Source of the DNA: Felis catus
Lineage: Eukaryota
Assembly: GCF_018350175.1 (NCBI RefSeq)
Contig: NC_058368.1
Coordinates: forward strand, 217,064,001-217,128,000
Reading direction: 5' to 3'
Length of the DNA: 64,000 nucleotides
Both the position numbers and the translations under genes were made by a program. Of the stretch, positions 1 through 12,699 are shown piece by piece. Under the pieces are notes generated by a model. The model did no database searches, was not told the DNA's origin, and worked only from the letters and a program-made list of their open reading frames with translations. How positions within the stretch are numbered: the stretch's first letter is position 1; each line of letters starts with the position of its first letter.

Positions 1-118
1 GCCTGGAGCCTGCTTTGAATTCTGTGTCTCTCCCTCTCTCTGCCCTGCCCCCACTCACACTCTGTCTGTCTCTCTCTCAAAAATAAATGAAAACATTAAA
101 AAAATTTAAAAAAAATAG
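1..118 (+). mobile_element. Can-SINE, 3' half (cut by window edge)
   Basis: gcctggagcctgc..., (CT)n region and aataaa/A-rich tail. Confidence 0.9.
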
Positions 119-175
119 TATATAACACATCCTATATGACACCAAGGAAAAAAATTCTTTAACTTCAATTATTTT

Positions 176-368
176 GGGGGCACCTGGGTGGCTTGGTTGG
201 ATAAACATCTCACTTTGGCTCAGGTCATGATCTCGTGGTTTGTGAGTTTGAGTGCTTCATGGGGCTCTCTGTTGTCATCACAGAGCCCCTTTTGATTCCT
301 CTGTCCCCCTCTCTCTGCCCCTCCCCTGCTAGTGCTCTCTCAAAAATACATAAATCATTAAAAAAAAT
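176..368 (+). mobile_element. Can-SINE
   Basis: ggggcacctgggtggct head, B-box region, CT-rich segment, A tail; ttcaattatttt on both sides. Confidence 0.9.
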
Positions 369-911
369 AGATTCAATTATTTTTTAAACTTTACAGAAGA
401 GCAGGCTCACGTGAGTTCTACCATCTATTTAGGAAAATTTATTCATCTGGGGAATAAACACAAATAATTTATCCACCAGAACACTTACCCACCTCTAAAT
501 CATTTATTAACTTTTGTTTATTTTATTTCCAAAGTAGAAAAGCTCTTATAGCAGAGTCTGGAGGCAAAATATGAGGAAGGACGATAATATATTTCATTTA
601 AATCTTACATCTAGGCTGGCAAAAGCCTGGTTCTATTTGTGCGTGGTGGTCTATTCATTCATGTATTAGAATTTGCTCACTGAAAAGATATTTTTAACTT
701 GTGGGGAAATATGACCAAATACTTGTTTGAAAAAAGACAATCTGATAATTAAAGAAAAGTGTATGTTTGGTGGTTTTCCATTTGCAGGAAGGTATCAAAC
801 TTTAAACAATTATTTTATTGTAAATGTTAGGCATTTCCAACTCCTTCCTTTTTTACTCCTTTCTGCATTTTAGTGCAAAACAAACCCCCAATTAAAAATC
901 CATCTAGGCAT

Positions 912-1098
912 GGGACACCTGGGTGACTCAGTCCATAAGCGGCCACCTCTTGATTTAGGCTCAGGTCATAATCTCATGGTTTGTGAGTTCAAGGCCTCTG
1001 TCCTGTCAGCCTGGAGCCTGCTTGGGATTATCTCTCTCCCTCTCTCTCTGCCCCCCACCCACCTCTCTCAAAATAAATGAATTAACTTAAAAAAAAAT
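912..1098 (+). mobile_element. Can-SINE
   Basis: gggacacctgggtgactcag head, CT-rich segment, A tail. Confidence 0.85.
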
Positions 1099-2967
1099 CA
1101 GTCTAAGCAAGTCTGTAAGTCTATGCTTGAGATTCACAAGACAAAATAAGATTTTTTTTAAATTTCCATATACCTTCAAACACGGACACGCTCTAGTGTT
1201 AACTTAGATTCAACTTTTCAGGAAGCTATCAATTTCATAAGGTAAGCTGTTTCACTCAATATTTCAGTACACGCTTAGTTTTCTAGTATGCCTAGAGACC
1301 AAAAAATAAATATCGTAAAATTGATCGGAGTGGAACTGATGTCACCAAAATGGAGACACAGGAGACCCCAGCCTCCTGTCCTGCCACAGAGATCAACAGT
1401 TAGCTCTCCATGAACAAAAACCGCTGTGGGAGAGATCTGGGGTCTGAGACAACCAGGAACACAGAAAGCGGGGGCTACTGGTCGCAGCCACAGCACGTGC
1501 AGTCATCATTCATTGTGATCAGCTGTGTGGGCAAACCCAGCAGATGTCACCACCGATGACAACGGCAGCTGTCAGAGCTGTCACAGACCCACTGTGGTTT
1601 TCACTGGTCTTGCCCCGCAGGGCTTTGCATTTGCCGATGCAAACGCCCTCCTTCTTCCCTCCCTCCCATCCGACTGGAGTCCGGGAACTGCATCCACAGC
1701 CAGCGCAGGCCTCTGTGTCTGCTCAAGTGCAAGATGCCTTGCATCTGGCCCCCAGATGGGCGTGCACTCAGGGATAGCCTTTCCAGCTGTGCACTTTCAT
1801 ACCAGCAGTCCCACATCTGTCACTTGCCTCCACTGCAGTGTGCACACCTGAGGGGAGAGTGTATGACCACGGGAGAGCACACAGACAGCCGAGGCCTTTA
1901 AAGCTGACTATCATTGGCCTGTCCCACTGAGCTCACCATTAGCCACCCCCTGCTGCCATGCATTGGCACATCCCTGTCCTGATTCTTATCACCAGACTCC
2001 AAAGCACTCTGCACTCCGGGAGCAGGGTTGGGAACCACAGCCACAGGGGAACACGCTGAAAGTCAGTGTCTCTTTAGTTGTCTATGAGCTCTTACTGGAC
2101 CCTGCCACTTGCTGCCAGCCCTGGCCGCCACCACTTTGCATGTGACTACAACCAACTGGCCCCTCACCCCATGCAGGCACCTGCAACTGGCCCCCACAGA
2201 TGAGTGTGTGCACACCACCAGATCCGGCTACACCACTGCCTGTCCTGGTCCCTAGCTGCTGGACCTGGACTCATTGCTGTGTACCCCAAGAGCCCTGGTC
2301 TGTGCAGAATCTGTGGTCCCACCATGGTACTCTCCAAGAATCACTCTTTGATTCCGTGGACCGCAGCGGCCTGAGCCAAAGAGACATCATGCCCCACTGG
2401 ACCCAGTGCTGCCACATATGCTCACACCTGGTGTCCTCCACCACCGGACTTAAAGTCACAGCATCCTCCCAGTGTGTCTTTACCCACAGGTGAAAGTCTC
2501 CCTTTACTGAAGGTAGCCAAAAACTCTGGAAGAGGTGACTGCTTCTTCAAGTGGGCAGACACCTATACAATTTTACAGTGATCGTGCAGAAATCAGGGAA
2601 ACATGACTCCACCAAAAGGATAGTAATCCTGCAGTGACTGAACCCAAAGAAATGTAGATCCAGGAATTGACAAAGAATTTAAACTAATTGCTCTACAAAT
2701 GCTCAGAGAACTAGGAGAGCACAGATAAACAATTTAACAATAACAGAGAAAGAATACAAGAAAATGTGAAGACAGACTGAAAATATAAAAGAGAACCAAA
2801 CAGAGCTATTGGAGCTACAGAAAACAGTGACTGAACTGAAGAATTCAACAGAAAGTCTCAACAACAGACTTGACCAAGTAGAAGAGAGAATTAATGATTT
2901 ATAAAACAGATCAGTTTTTATTATCCAATCTGAGAAGCAAAAAGAAAAGAAATGAAAAGGATTAGAA

Positions 2968-3178
2968 GGGTGCCTGGGTGGCTCGGTCAGTTAAGCATCT
3001 GACTTTGGCTCAGGTCATGATCTCTGGGTTCATGCGTTGGTGGGTTTGAGCCCTACATCGGGATCTATGCTGTCAGCACTGAGCCCACTTCGCATCCTCT
3101 GTCTCCCTCTCTCTCTCCCCCTCCCCTGCATGCACATGCCTCTTTCTCTTAAAAATAAATAAACATTTAAAGAAAAAA
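2968..3178 (+). mobile_element. Can-SINE inserted in L1 ORF1 remnant
   Basis: gggtgcctgggtggctcggtc head, CT tract, A tail. Confidence 0.9.
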
Positions 3179-4228
3179 GAATTAGAGAAAGGCTACTAGA
3201 CTTATGGAATATCATTGAGAGAAATACCGTATTCATCACTGAAGTCCTACAAGGAGAAGAGTTGAGTATAAGTAGAAGGTTCATTTTAAGAAATAATGGC
3301 TTGGAAATCAAAGTTCATGAAATTAGTAAGTCACCCCAAAATTTCAGTCCAAAACAATCTTCTCTAAAATAGATTATAACAAAACCATCTAAATACAAAG
3401 ATAAAGAATCTTAAAAGCAAGAAGAGAAAACTATCTGATAGCATCTCCCATAAGGTTATTAGCAGATTTCTCAGCAGACACTTTGCAGGCCAGGAGAGAA
3501 TGGGGTGATATAAACAAGGTGCAGAAAGAAAGAAACTGCCAACCAAAAATGCTTACCCAACAAAGCTGCCCTTCAGAAATAAAGGAGAAGTAAAGACTTA
3601 CCATAATAAACAGAGACTGAGGAAATTCATCACCACTAGATCTGCCTTATAAGAAAAGCTGAAATGACTTCTTCAGGCAGAACGAAAAATAAAATAAACA
3701 TTTAAAAAATTATTAAAAAATAAACAATGGATAGATCCTAAAGACAGAAAATCAACAGAAAATGTTGGATTTGAACCATACTTCATAGAGCAAATGGACC
3801 TAACAGATATATACAGAACAGTCCATCCAATAAAACAGAGTGCACATTTTGTCTAGTACACGTGGAACTTTCCCCAGAATAGATCATATTCTGATGAAAC
3901 AACACAAAATCATACTTAACAAAACAAGTCTTAGCAAATTTAACAAGATGGGAAAAATTCGAAGTATTTTTTTTTCCTACCGCAATAGTGTGAAACTTGA
4001 AATAACAGGAGGAAAGCTTGAAAATTCACAAATGTGTGGGAATTAAACACCATATTTCTGGAAAATCAAGTGGTTCAAAGAAGAAATCAAAAGCAAAATA
4101 AAAAAAAATACCTTGAAACAAATGAAAATGCAAGCGTGACATATCAAAACTTAAAGGAGGCAGCAAAAGTGGTTCTAAGAAAGAAGTTTACAGTAATAAA
4201 CATTTACATTAAGAAAAAGAAAGATCTT

Positions 4229-4455
4229 GGGGTGCCTGGGTGGCTCAGGCGGTTAAGCGTCCAACTCCTGGCTTTAGTTCAGGTCATGATCTTGCGGTTG
4301 GTGAGTTTGAGCCCCAAATCTGGCTCGGTGTTGACAGCTCAGAGCCTGGAGCCTGCTTCAGATTCTGTGTGTCTCCCTCTCTCTACCCAGCCCCCACTCA
4401 TGCTCCTACTCTCTTTCTGGCAAAAATAAAAATTACATTAAAAAAGAAAAAAAAA
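4229..4455 (+). mobile_element. Can-SINE inserted in L1 ORF2 remnant
   Basis: Full head and tail; TSD aagaa(a/t)aagaaagatct on both sides. Confidence 0.9.
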
Positions 4456-5035
4456 AGAATAAGAAAGATCTCAAATAAACAATTAAAATTTACACCTCCA
4501 GGAATTAGAACAAGAAGAAACAAAGACCAAAGTTAGAAGAAATAAAGAGATGAGTAAAATAAAAAGAAAAACAAATGAAATAGAGACCATAAAAACAATT
4601 GAAAAGATTAACAAAACTAAGAGCTGTTTATTTTTTGAAGATAGTATGATCTTATATGCAAAAATCTGAAAAAAATTCATTATAAAAATGTTAGAACTAA
4701 TTAATGAATTTGCTAAAGTTGTATGAAACAAAATCAACAAACAGAAATAAGTTTCTACACTTACAGTAAAACGTGAAAATTAAAGAAAGAAAACAATATT
4801 TACAATAGCATCAAACAATACTTAGAAATACATTTAACCAAGGAAGTGAAAGATTTATACATTGCACATTATAAGACTTTGGTGAAAGAATTTGAAGAAG
4901 ATAGAAACAAATGGAGAGATATCCCATGTTCTTGTTTGGAAGAATTATAATTAATACAATGTCAATAGCATCCAAAGCCATCTGTAGATTCAATGAAATT
5001 TCTATAAAAATTCCCATGACATTTTTCAAAGAAAT

Positions 5036-5160
5036 CTCTCTCTCTCTGTGCTGACAGCTCAGAGCCTGGAACCTGCTTCGGATTCTGTGTCTCCCTCTCT
5101 CCGCCCTTCCCCACTCGAGCTCGCGCTCTCTCAAAAATAAATAAACATTAAAAAAAAATA
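5036..5160 (+). mobile_element. 5'-truncated Can-SINE at an L1 junction
   Basis: Begins at ctctgtgctgacagctcagagcc with no A-box head; A tail present. Confidence 0.8.
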
Positions 5161-6553
5161 GTGAAAATAATAGAATATGTCCATAATCTTAAAAACAATA
5201 TCAAGTGAAAGAAAAACAAGTCTCAGAAGACTCTGTTATATTAATTATATTATATTAATTATGTTAGATTAGATTAGATTAATTATACCATTTCTATAAA
5301 GCTTGCAAACAAGGAAAAATAAACACTTTATTTATTGAGCCAATGAGCATATGTGATTGAGGTGAAACTCTTTTCCAAAAAGAAATAAAAAGAAAGAAGA
5401 AATAATTAAAATAATCAGATTAGTTACTTCTGGAATGCAACCACAGAGAAGGATCAATGAGGGACACACAAGGAGTCTGAATGGTTTCTAGTAACATTCT
5501 GGTTCTTAACCTAAGTAGTTCATTTTATTATTAAGTCTAGTATACTTTATATCTATGGCATATTTCAAATAATACCTATAAAAAACTTAGAAAAACTTGG
5601 GCCCAAAATAGGATTTATAATTAATTATTTTTTCTTAATATGACAACAAAAACACAAGCAACAAAAACAAAAACAAGTGGGACTATATCACACTGCTAGC
5701 TTCTGCACAGCAAAAGAAACAATCAACAAAATGAAAAGGTGAACTACAGAAAAAAATATTTGCGAATCATATATCTGAGAAGGCGTTAATATCCAAAATA
5801 TATAACGACATCATACAACTCGATGCAAACAAACAAATCAATAAAAAAAAATAAGCAGTGGAACTAAATATACATTTTTCCAAAGAAGACATACAAATGG
5901 TCAACAGGTACATGAAAAGATACTTGCCATCACCAATCACCAGGAAAATGCAAATTAAAACTACAATTAGATATCACCTCACACCTGTTAGATTGGCTGT
6001 CGTCAAAAAGACAAGAAGATGAATGTTGGTGAGGACATGGAGATGGTGAGGACATGGAGATCCACTGTTGGTAGGAATGTAAATTGGTTACAACCACTAT
6101 GGAAAACAGTAGTGAGGTTCTTCAAAAAATTAAAAATAGAACTTCCATATGATCCTGCATTTCTGCTTTTTGGTATATATTCAAAGGAAATGAAAATAAA
6201 ATCTTGAAGAGATATTTATGCCCAATGTTCATTGCAGTATGATCCAAATAGCCAGGATATAGAAATGAGTTAAATGTCTGTCAACAGATGAATGGATAAA
6301 TAAGATATGGTGTATATATATGATGGAATAGAGTTCAGCAATAAGAATTAAATCTTGCCATTTGCAGCAACATGGATGAAACGAGAGTATTATGTGAGGT
6401 GAAATAAGACAGTGAGAGACAAATACTGTATGATATCACATATGTAGGGAATCTAAAAAAGCTGACCTCATAGAAACAAAGTAGAATTGTGGTTACCAGA
6501 GGCTGAGTACTGGAGGAAACTGTGGGATGTTGTTCAAAGAGTGCAGACTTCCA

Positions 6554-6770
6554 GGGGTGACTGATTGGTTCCGTTGGTTAAGCTTGGCTAAGCGTCCAAC
6601 TCTTGATTGATTTCTGCTCAGGCCATGATCTCTCTGTTTGTGGGACTGAGCCCTGCAGCAGTTTTGGTGCTGACATCACAGAACCTGCGTGGAACCCTCT
6701 CCCTCCGCCCTTCCCTCACTTGCAAGCATTGTCTCTCTCTCTCAAAAACAAATAAATAAACTTTAAAAAG
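6554..6770 (+). mobile_element. Can-SINE in L1 3'UTR
   Basis: Diverged head, CT tract, aataaataaac tail. Confidence 0.8.
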
Positions 6771-7224
6771 AAGGATACAAACTTTCAGATATAAGATGAA
6801 TAAGTTCTGAGGATCTAATGTATAACGTGATGTTTATAGTTAATAAAACTGTGATAGGTACTTGAAAGTTGCTAAGAGGTTACATTTTAATATTTCACTA
6901 CAAAAAATGATAAGCGATGTGATAGAAGTGTTGGCTAACACTATGGTGGTGATCAATTTGCAATATATGTGTATTAAATCAACACACTTACACCTTAAAC
7001 TTACACAATGTTATATGTCAATTGTATCTCACAAAAGCTGGAGGAATTAGTTACCAAAGTTTTAGAAAGTAAAATAGACTGCGTATTCCACTACTGTAGA
7101 CAATCAGTAATTATTTTATTTTCTTCTCGTCTATTTTTTCCCTATGTTTGTTATAAACATAATCCTACTTAGATCAGTTTCCTGCTTCATAGCTTCATGG
7201 AATGTTTAAAAAATCATACCCCTG

Positions 7225-7390
7225 TATCTTAATGGGCACATAATTTCCATTTGGGTTGATGAAAAGACTTGGGAAATAAAGAGTAGTGATGGTTCCATAA
7301 CATTGTGAATGTAATTAATAACACTGCATTGTACACTGAAAGAGATAAAAATGGCAAATTTAATGTTAAATATAATTTACAACACGAAAA
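7225..7390 (+). mobile_element. L1MB-type 3' end fragment
   Basis: aatgggcac...gggttgatgaaaag...agtgatggttcc...acattgtgaatgtaattaat...aaaatggcaaattt resembles the L1MB 3'UTR. Confidence 0.65.
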
Positions 7391-8786
7391 AGTATGTAAA
7401 AATCAGTCAGACATTTCTCAATTTACAAATAAATCAAATTTTATGAATCGATGTTAGAGACATTATAACTCTAATATGCATAGACAGCAAGATCCAGATT
7501 GTGGTAAGAAATTGACTGCATTGAGAAAATAGCATGATGATTCTGTCTTCTCATACATGAGTTCAGTATGAGTTTCTCTGCAAATTTCTCCTTCCTATGA
7601 ATAGGTCTTGTAGCTGGGTGATTTGAGACGGGCTAAGTTATGTCTCCTAAAGGCATCAAGGTTTAATGCTACCTCTCACTTTCCTCAGAAGTGTTTCAGC
7701 GATATGCATGGTTCACTCAGCTTAATGATCTGGGACAATGGGAATGTGCACATCTTGCTTTGTGGCATTCTGCAAGTAAAACATTCATGAGTATTTTGAC
7801 ATTCATAACTAAAATGAGGCGGGTACCACTGTTTTTCTTCTTATAGAAAACTACTAAGCATAAACAGGGTAAATTAAGACATATATTTTAATATACCGTA
7901 CATCTGTCCCGGATCTACTTCAAAAGGTGAAAGCTGAACAGAATAATTTCCTAGCAGTATATCTTAATCAAGATTCATTGATTTGTTTTCTGCTTTAAAA
8001 CATTTTAAATGGCTCACTTTCAATATACCAATGAATCTGATATTGCCAGTCACAATTATGCTATGAAAGAAATATAGATTAGGAAACAATCACAGAATTG
8101 CTTTTCATTATTCTTCACAAAAAATCTTAACATCAGTCAGAAATAGCCTTGAGGTTAAAAAAGTGAGGCATGTGATAATGCAATACCAGGGTTTATGTTT
8201 GTTATTTAAAAATAAAACCGGAACTAATGGAAATGTAAGATCTGGAATAGAACAATTCTGGATCACAGAATTGTAGGATGTTGAATGATTCTGAGGCACA
8301 ATTTCTGTTTTTTTAACTAGTATTGTTCAAATCACATTTAATTTTTCCAAGATGAGGAGATATATAGGCATGACTACAATAACTTCAGAAAAATCATGTA
8401 TGTTTTACAAATTCCTTTACTTTTATAACAAATATAATTTAATCCACCACCACAAAAAAAAAAAAAAACTTATTTTAAATTTTTTGAAAGCATAGAATAA
8501 GAGTTTTCTTCTTTTCTGTTTGGGAGAACATGTCAGCAATAACATAAATGAACACAATTGATTTAATATGTTTAAAACACAAACGTATTCTATTAGCATG
8601 AACTTCTATTAAGCTGTTATCTTTAATTACTTATCAGTATCTCTGTTCCTGCTTTTAATATTGAGTACTACGCAAACAATACCAAAAAAATCTTTTATAT
8701 TTTAGCTATTTGATATATCCATTAAAGACTACAATGCTCTATGTCACATGGTATATTTAATTTGTTGTTTAAAATTCCAAGTTCTT

Positions 8787-9006
8787 GGGGCGCCTGGGTG
8801 GCTCAGTCGGTTAAGCGGCCAACTTCAGCTCAGGTCATGATCTTGCGGTCCGTGAGTTCAAGCCCCGCATCGGGCTCTGTGCTGACAGCTCAGAGCCTGG
8901 AGCCTGTTTCAGATTCTGTGTCTCCCTCTCTCTGACCCTCCCCCGTTCATGCTCTGTCTCTCTCTATCTCAAAAATAAATAAACGTTAAAAAAAAATTAA
9001 AAAAAA
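8787..9006 (+). mobile_element. Felid Can-SINE (SINEC_Fc-like)
   Basis: Near-consensus body; perfect TSD taaaattccaagttc at 8770-8784 and 9007-9021. Confidence 0.95.
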
Positions 9007-9160
9007 TAAAATTCCAAGTTCAGCAATCAGTAAACCACTTACCATCTAAATAAATGATCTTGGGAAGGTTTAGTGAGCCTCTTTACCTCAGTTTAAGCCA
9101 TTTGTAAAATAGGACAATAAAAGGACACACCTCTTTTATTATGCTATGATTTTTAAAATC

Positions 9161-9181
9161 GTGTGTGTGTGTGTGTGTGTG
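9161..9181. repeat. (GT)n microsatellite
   Basis: Direct reading. Confidence 0.9.
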
Positions 9182-10034
9182 CATTTAACAACAAATATTT
9201 CAAATTATGATATGACACTTGATGGTTATTATTAATTACTGTACACAGAAAAACAAACAAACAGTAATACTAACAGAAACTGTACTCTCTCAAATAAAGT
9301 ATAATAACTGGGAAATACGCAAAAGCTAAAAATTAATTCAGGTTATAACTTGCATTTTCAGTCACAAGTCTCTGCTTTGGTATAATAACAGATACTAGGA
9401 GATACAGTATTTCACAAAAGACTTTTTAAGAAAGTATTTCTATAAGGACCTCAAGAAATGAAACCAGTGCTGCTCTTCATTATAATGTGAAATGTTAACT
9501 TTGTTGTAGAAGAGAGATCTTGAAAATTATGGAACAATTAGGAAAACATTTATTTTCTTCTTTAGTGATTTAGATTGTATATGTGTGGCAAATTAATGCT
9601 TGTCTTGAGAGATAAATGTGTATGAACATTTCAACAGTTGTCCCCTGGGGCAATCTAGAAAAATAAATTGACCTCATGTGTGTGTAAATTAATATAATCT
9701 TTTAGAGTACAAATATTTTGGCCCCATAATGCTACCTCTAAGTGATATACAAGGATATTAATTCCCTCAATGTTTCTAGTAAAAATTTTTAAATAATTAT
9801 ATCAGCAAATAATTTTACATAAATTATTATACACCCATACTATGAAATATCTTCCTGCCATTATAAACAAGGAAGTGGAATTATGCATCTCTACACCTTG
9901 CAAATTTCTATGTAAAGAGATTTGTAAGCTTAATATTAGGAGCCAAAAGCAAATTTGAAAGTGAAATAGTATTATCCCTGTTGTAGACAAACTCACATAC
10001 ACATAGACATTCCAAAACTCTAAAAGCTATTGCA

Positions 10035-10159
10035 GGGGCACATGGTTGGCTCAGTCAGTTGAGCATCTGACTCTTGATTTCAGCTCATGCCATGATCCCA
10101 GAGTTGTGGGATCAAGCCCCTATGTCAGGTTCCCCACTGAGCATGGAGCCTGCTTATGA

Positions 10160-10209
<50 letters not shown>

Positions 10210-10305
10210 TTGTCTCTCCTCCTCTCTGCATGTCTTCCCCACTTGCACTCCCTCACTCTCTCTAAAGAAATAAATAAGTAAATACATAAATAATAAACAA
10301 AGGAT
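10035..10305 (+). mobile_element. Can-SINE with expanded (CT)n, within an old L1ME-like 3' fragment
   Basis: Head, (CT)n at ~10163-10205, TSD taaaag(c/g)tattgca. Confidence 0.85.
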
Positions 10306-11597
10306 AAAAGGTATTGCAATAATATGTGTATATATCTGAAGATATGGAGAAAGTATTTAGAAGGTTATAGATGTTACTGATGACAGCTCTTACCTCTGGG
10401 GAGAGAACTAAGGATAGTTTAATACAGAAGGATTAATACAGAATTTAATTTTATCAGTACATTTGAAAGTAATAATAGAATAAATCTACTACAACTGGCT
10501 AGAGAAAGTTCTAGTCAAAAATTCTCCCTAAAATTTATTTATAGAAAAGGAGTCAGAGCAAGAAAAAAAAATGCATGTCCCCTGGTTCAATAGGCTTCCC
10601 TGAAGGGAGCAAAATGGGCCTAGAGTTGCGTTCATTTCCAACTATCTAATGTGACCAAATAGGGTCAGAGAATTGTAATTACCACCAGAAAGGTCATGGA
10701 GGGTCACCACTTGATGAAGTGAAGAAGGAAATGAACAAGGACTACAGTTCCAGTGAAAAGGAACAAGCATGGATGCTGCAGAGCTGGAGACACACAACTG
10801 CATCAATAAATACAGAATTTGAGGGACATGCATCATTTGAAGTTCTCTTGCAAACCTACTATATATGATTATATTGTGTAGCACACCTGACTACCTCTTT
10901 AAGAAAACCTACGTGAATGACCCACCATTTAATGAGACATTTCCTTAAGTCATACTTTAGTTTTCATAAATGCAACTTCGTGTAGAAACCAGGGCTCTTT
11001 CTATACCATTGCTCATTGGGATTACATTGTGTCTGGGTGTAGGGTTTGAGATCTTGGAGTCAAATTGTTACAGTGTGTTAATACTCTGGCTTAAATAACA
11101 GATTTCCTATTTTAATTTAGGCTTTACATTTCTAATTTTGGGAAAGTTATTTAACCAACATACTCAAGCTGTGACTATAAACTCAAATAAATAATGTGGA
11201 GAAGAGGTACTGAGTTTGCATTAATCGTCTATTGCCCCAATCATATAGAAGCATTTATTTCTCATTGTCATTGCTGTTGGCCGGTGGGATTGGACTCCCA
11301 GCTGTGGCTTGGATTCAGGTCTCTTTCAAACAATGTTCTCTTCATGATAATAGTAGATTAATCTGGAGAGCTTATTTGCATAAGCACAATGCAAGTCATT
11401 GTTTGCAGTACATGTTCTATCATCCTTTTGATGAAGGAAGAAATGATACGGCTGAGTCTGTCATTACTGGGTGGGGAAGTTTACCTTTCCTATCATGATG
11501 GAAGAAAAAAATAAATATTTGGCCTATGGTCATTCACATTTATACAGGACTTAAAATCCTGTCGCTGTTGAAACTTCTGGTTTAAAAACAGTATTTA

Positions 11598-12022
11598 AGG
11601 AGTGCCTGTGTGGCTCAGTCTGTTAAGAGTCCGATTTGCCTGGATGGCTCACTCAGTTAGGGATCCAACTTCGGCTCAGGTCATGATCTCAAGGTTCCTG
11701 AGTTTGAGCCCCTTGTTGGGCTCTGTGCTGACAGCTTGAACCCTGGAGCCTGCTTCAGATTTTGTGCCTCCCTCTCTCTGCCCCTCCCCTGCTCACGTTT
11801 CTCTTTCTCTCTCTCTCTCTCTCTCTCAAATACTGAATATTAAAAACAAATCAAAAAAAAGAGTCCGACTCTTGATTTCAGCTCAGGTCATGATCTCAAG
11901 GTTGTGAAATGGAGCCCTGAGTTGGGCTCAGTATTGGGCTTGGAGCCTGCTTAAGACTCTCTCCCTCTCTGTCTCTCTCCCTCCCTCTACCCCTCTCCTG
12001 CTCACACTCTCTCTCTCAAAAA

Positions 12023-12061
<39 letters not shown>

Positions 12062-12089
12062 ACAAACAAATAAATGAATACAAATGAGA
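11598..12089 (+). mobile_element. Nested SINE-in-SINE (inner copy ~11637-11858)
   Basis: Outer TSD ttaaaaaca(g/a)tattta at 11582-11597 and 12090-12105; inner TSD aagagtccga at 11625-11634 and 11859-11868. Confidence 0.9.
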
Positions 12090-12699
12090 TTAAAAACAAT
12101 ATTTATAATTTTGATATTACCCCCAACAAAAGGAGAAAAATCAGTAAATACAAACAAATTCTGTAAAATAATTTATTAATTAAAGAGAGAATTATTTCAG
12201 AAGATTAATTTCATGATACTCCAAATTTATGAAAAGAAAATTTCTATGCATGCAGGTATAATAAAAAAATATTATAAAAGCACTATATATGTTTGAAAAT
12301 AAAACCATCAACTTTTACAATTGATTGATTCTAAAACCTGAGTAATTCATACCTTTAATAGACAGTGAACTTAATCAACATTGTTCTAACTAAATGCACC
12401 AGTAAACACCAAGATAGTATCTAAAGCCAAAACACTAAAGGTAAAATTTAAAGTACCTGAAAATCAAGGTAAAATTTGAAACTAAAGTAAAATCTATATT
12501 TAAATTGTAAGTCATGAACATTAGGTAATACATAATGCAATAGTGTTAGCAAATTGTGTTAATGTCACAGCTGCCAACCTGCCCAGTTTTTTAATAAAAT
12601 AAATTAAGAGATTCCATATGGATTTTATATTCCTGTCTATTTTCAAGGTTGGATGAATGAGAAAAGAATATTTTTTACATGTAATGAATATTTTCCAAG

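Larger units (their letters stand above)
1330..7045 (+). mobile_element. Old, fragmented LINE-1 (L1MA9-like 3' end) with 5'UTR, ORF1 and ORF2 remnants and 3'UTR, interrupted by SINEs
   Basis: GC-rich 5'UTR-like block (~1330-2600) starts near ACCAAAATGG. ORF1 remnant lies at ~2600-3680. ORF2 endonuclease-like peptides include STRGTFPRIDHIL (3840) and KKYLETNENASVTYQNLKEAAKVVLRKKF (4034). ORF2 C-terminal peptide LWKTVVRFFKKLKIELPYDPA at 6019. L1MA-type 3'UTR ends ...gtcaattgtatctcacaaaagctgg. Boundaries approximate. Confidence 0.85.

Noticed and set aside
1222..1241. 20-nt micro-exon-like ag...AAG|GTAAGC
   Set aside because: Not frame-preserving and no supporting context
1275..2493. Cluster of GC-rich ORFs suggesting a gene or CpG island
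   Set aside because: Sits directly upstream of L1 ORF1/ORF2 remnants, so best explained as a decayed L1 5'UTR
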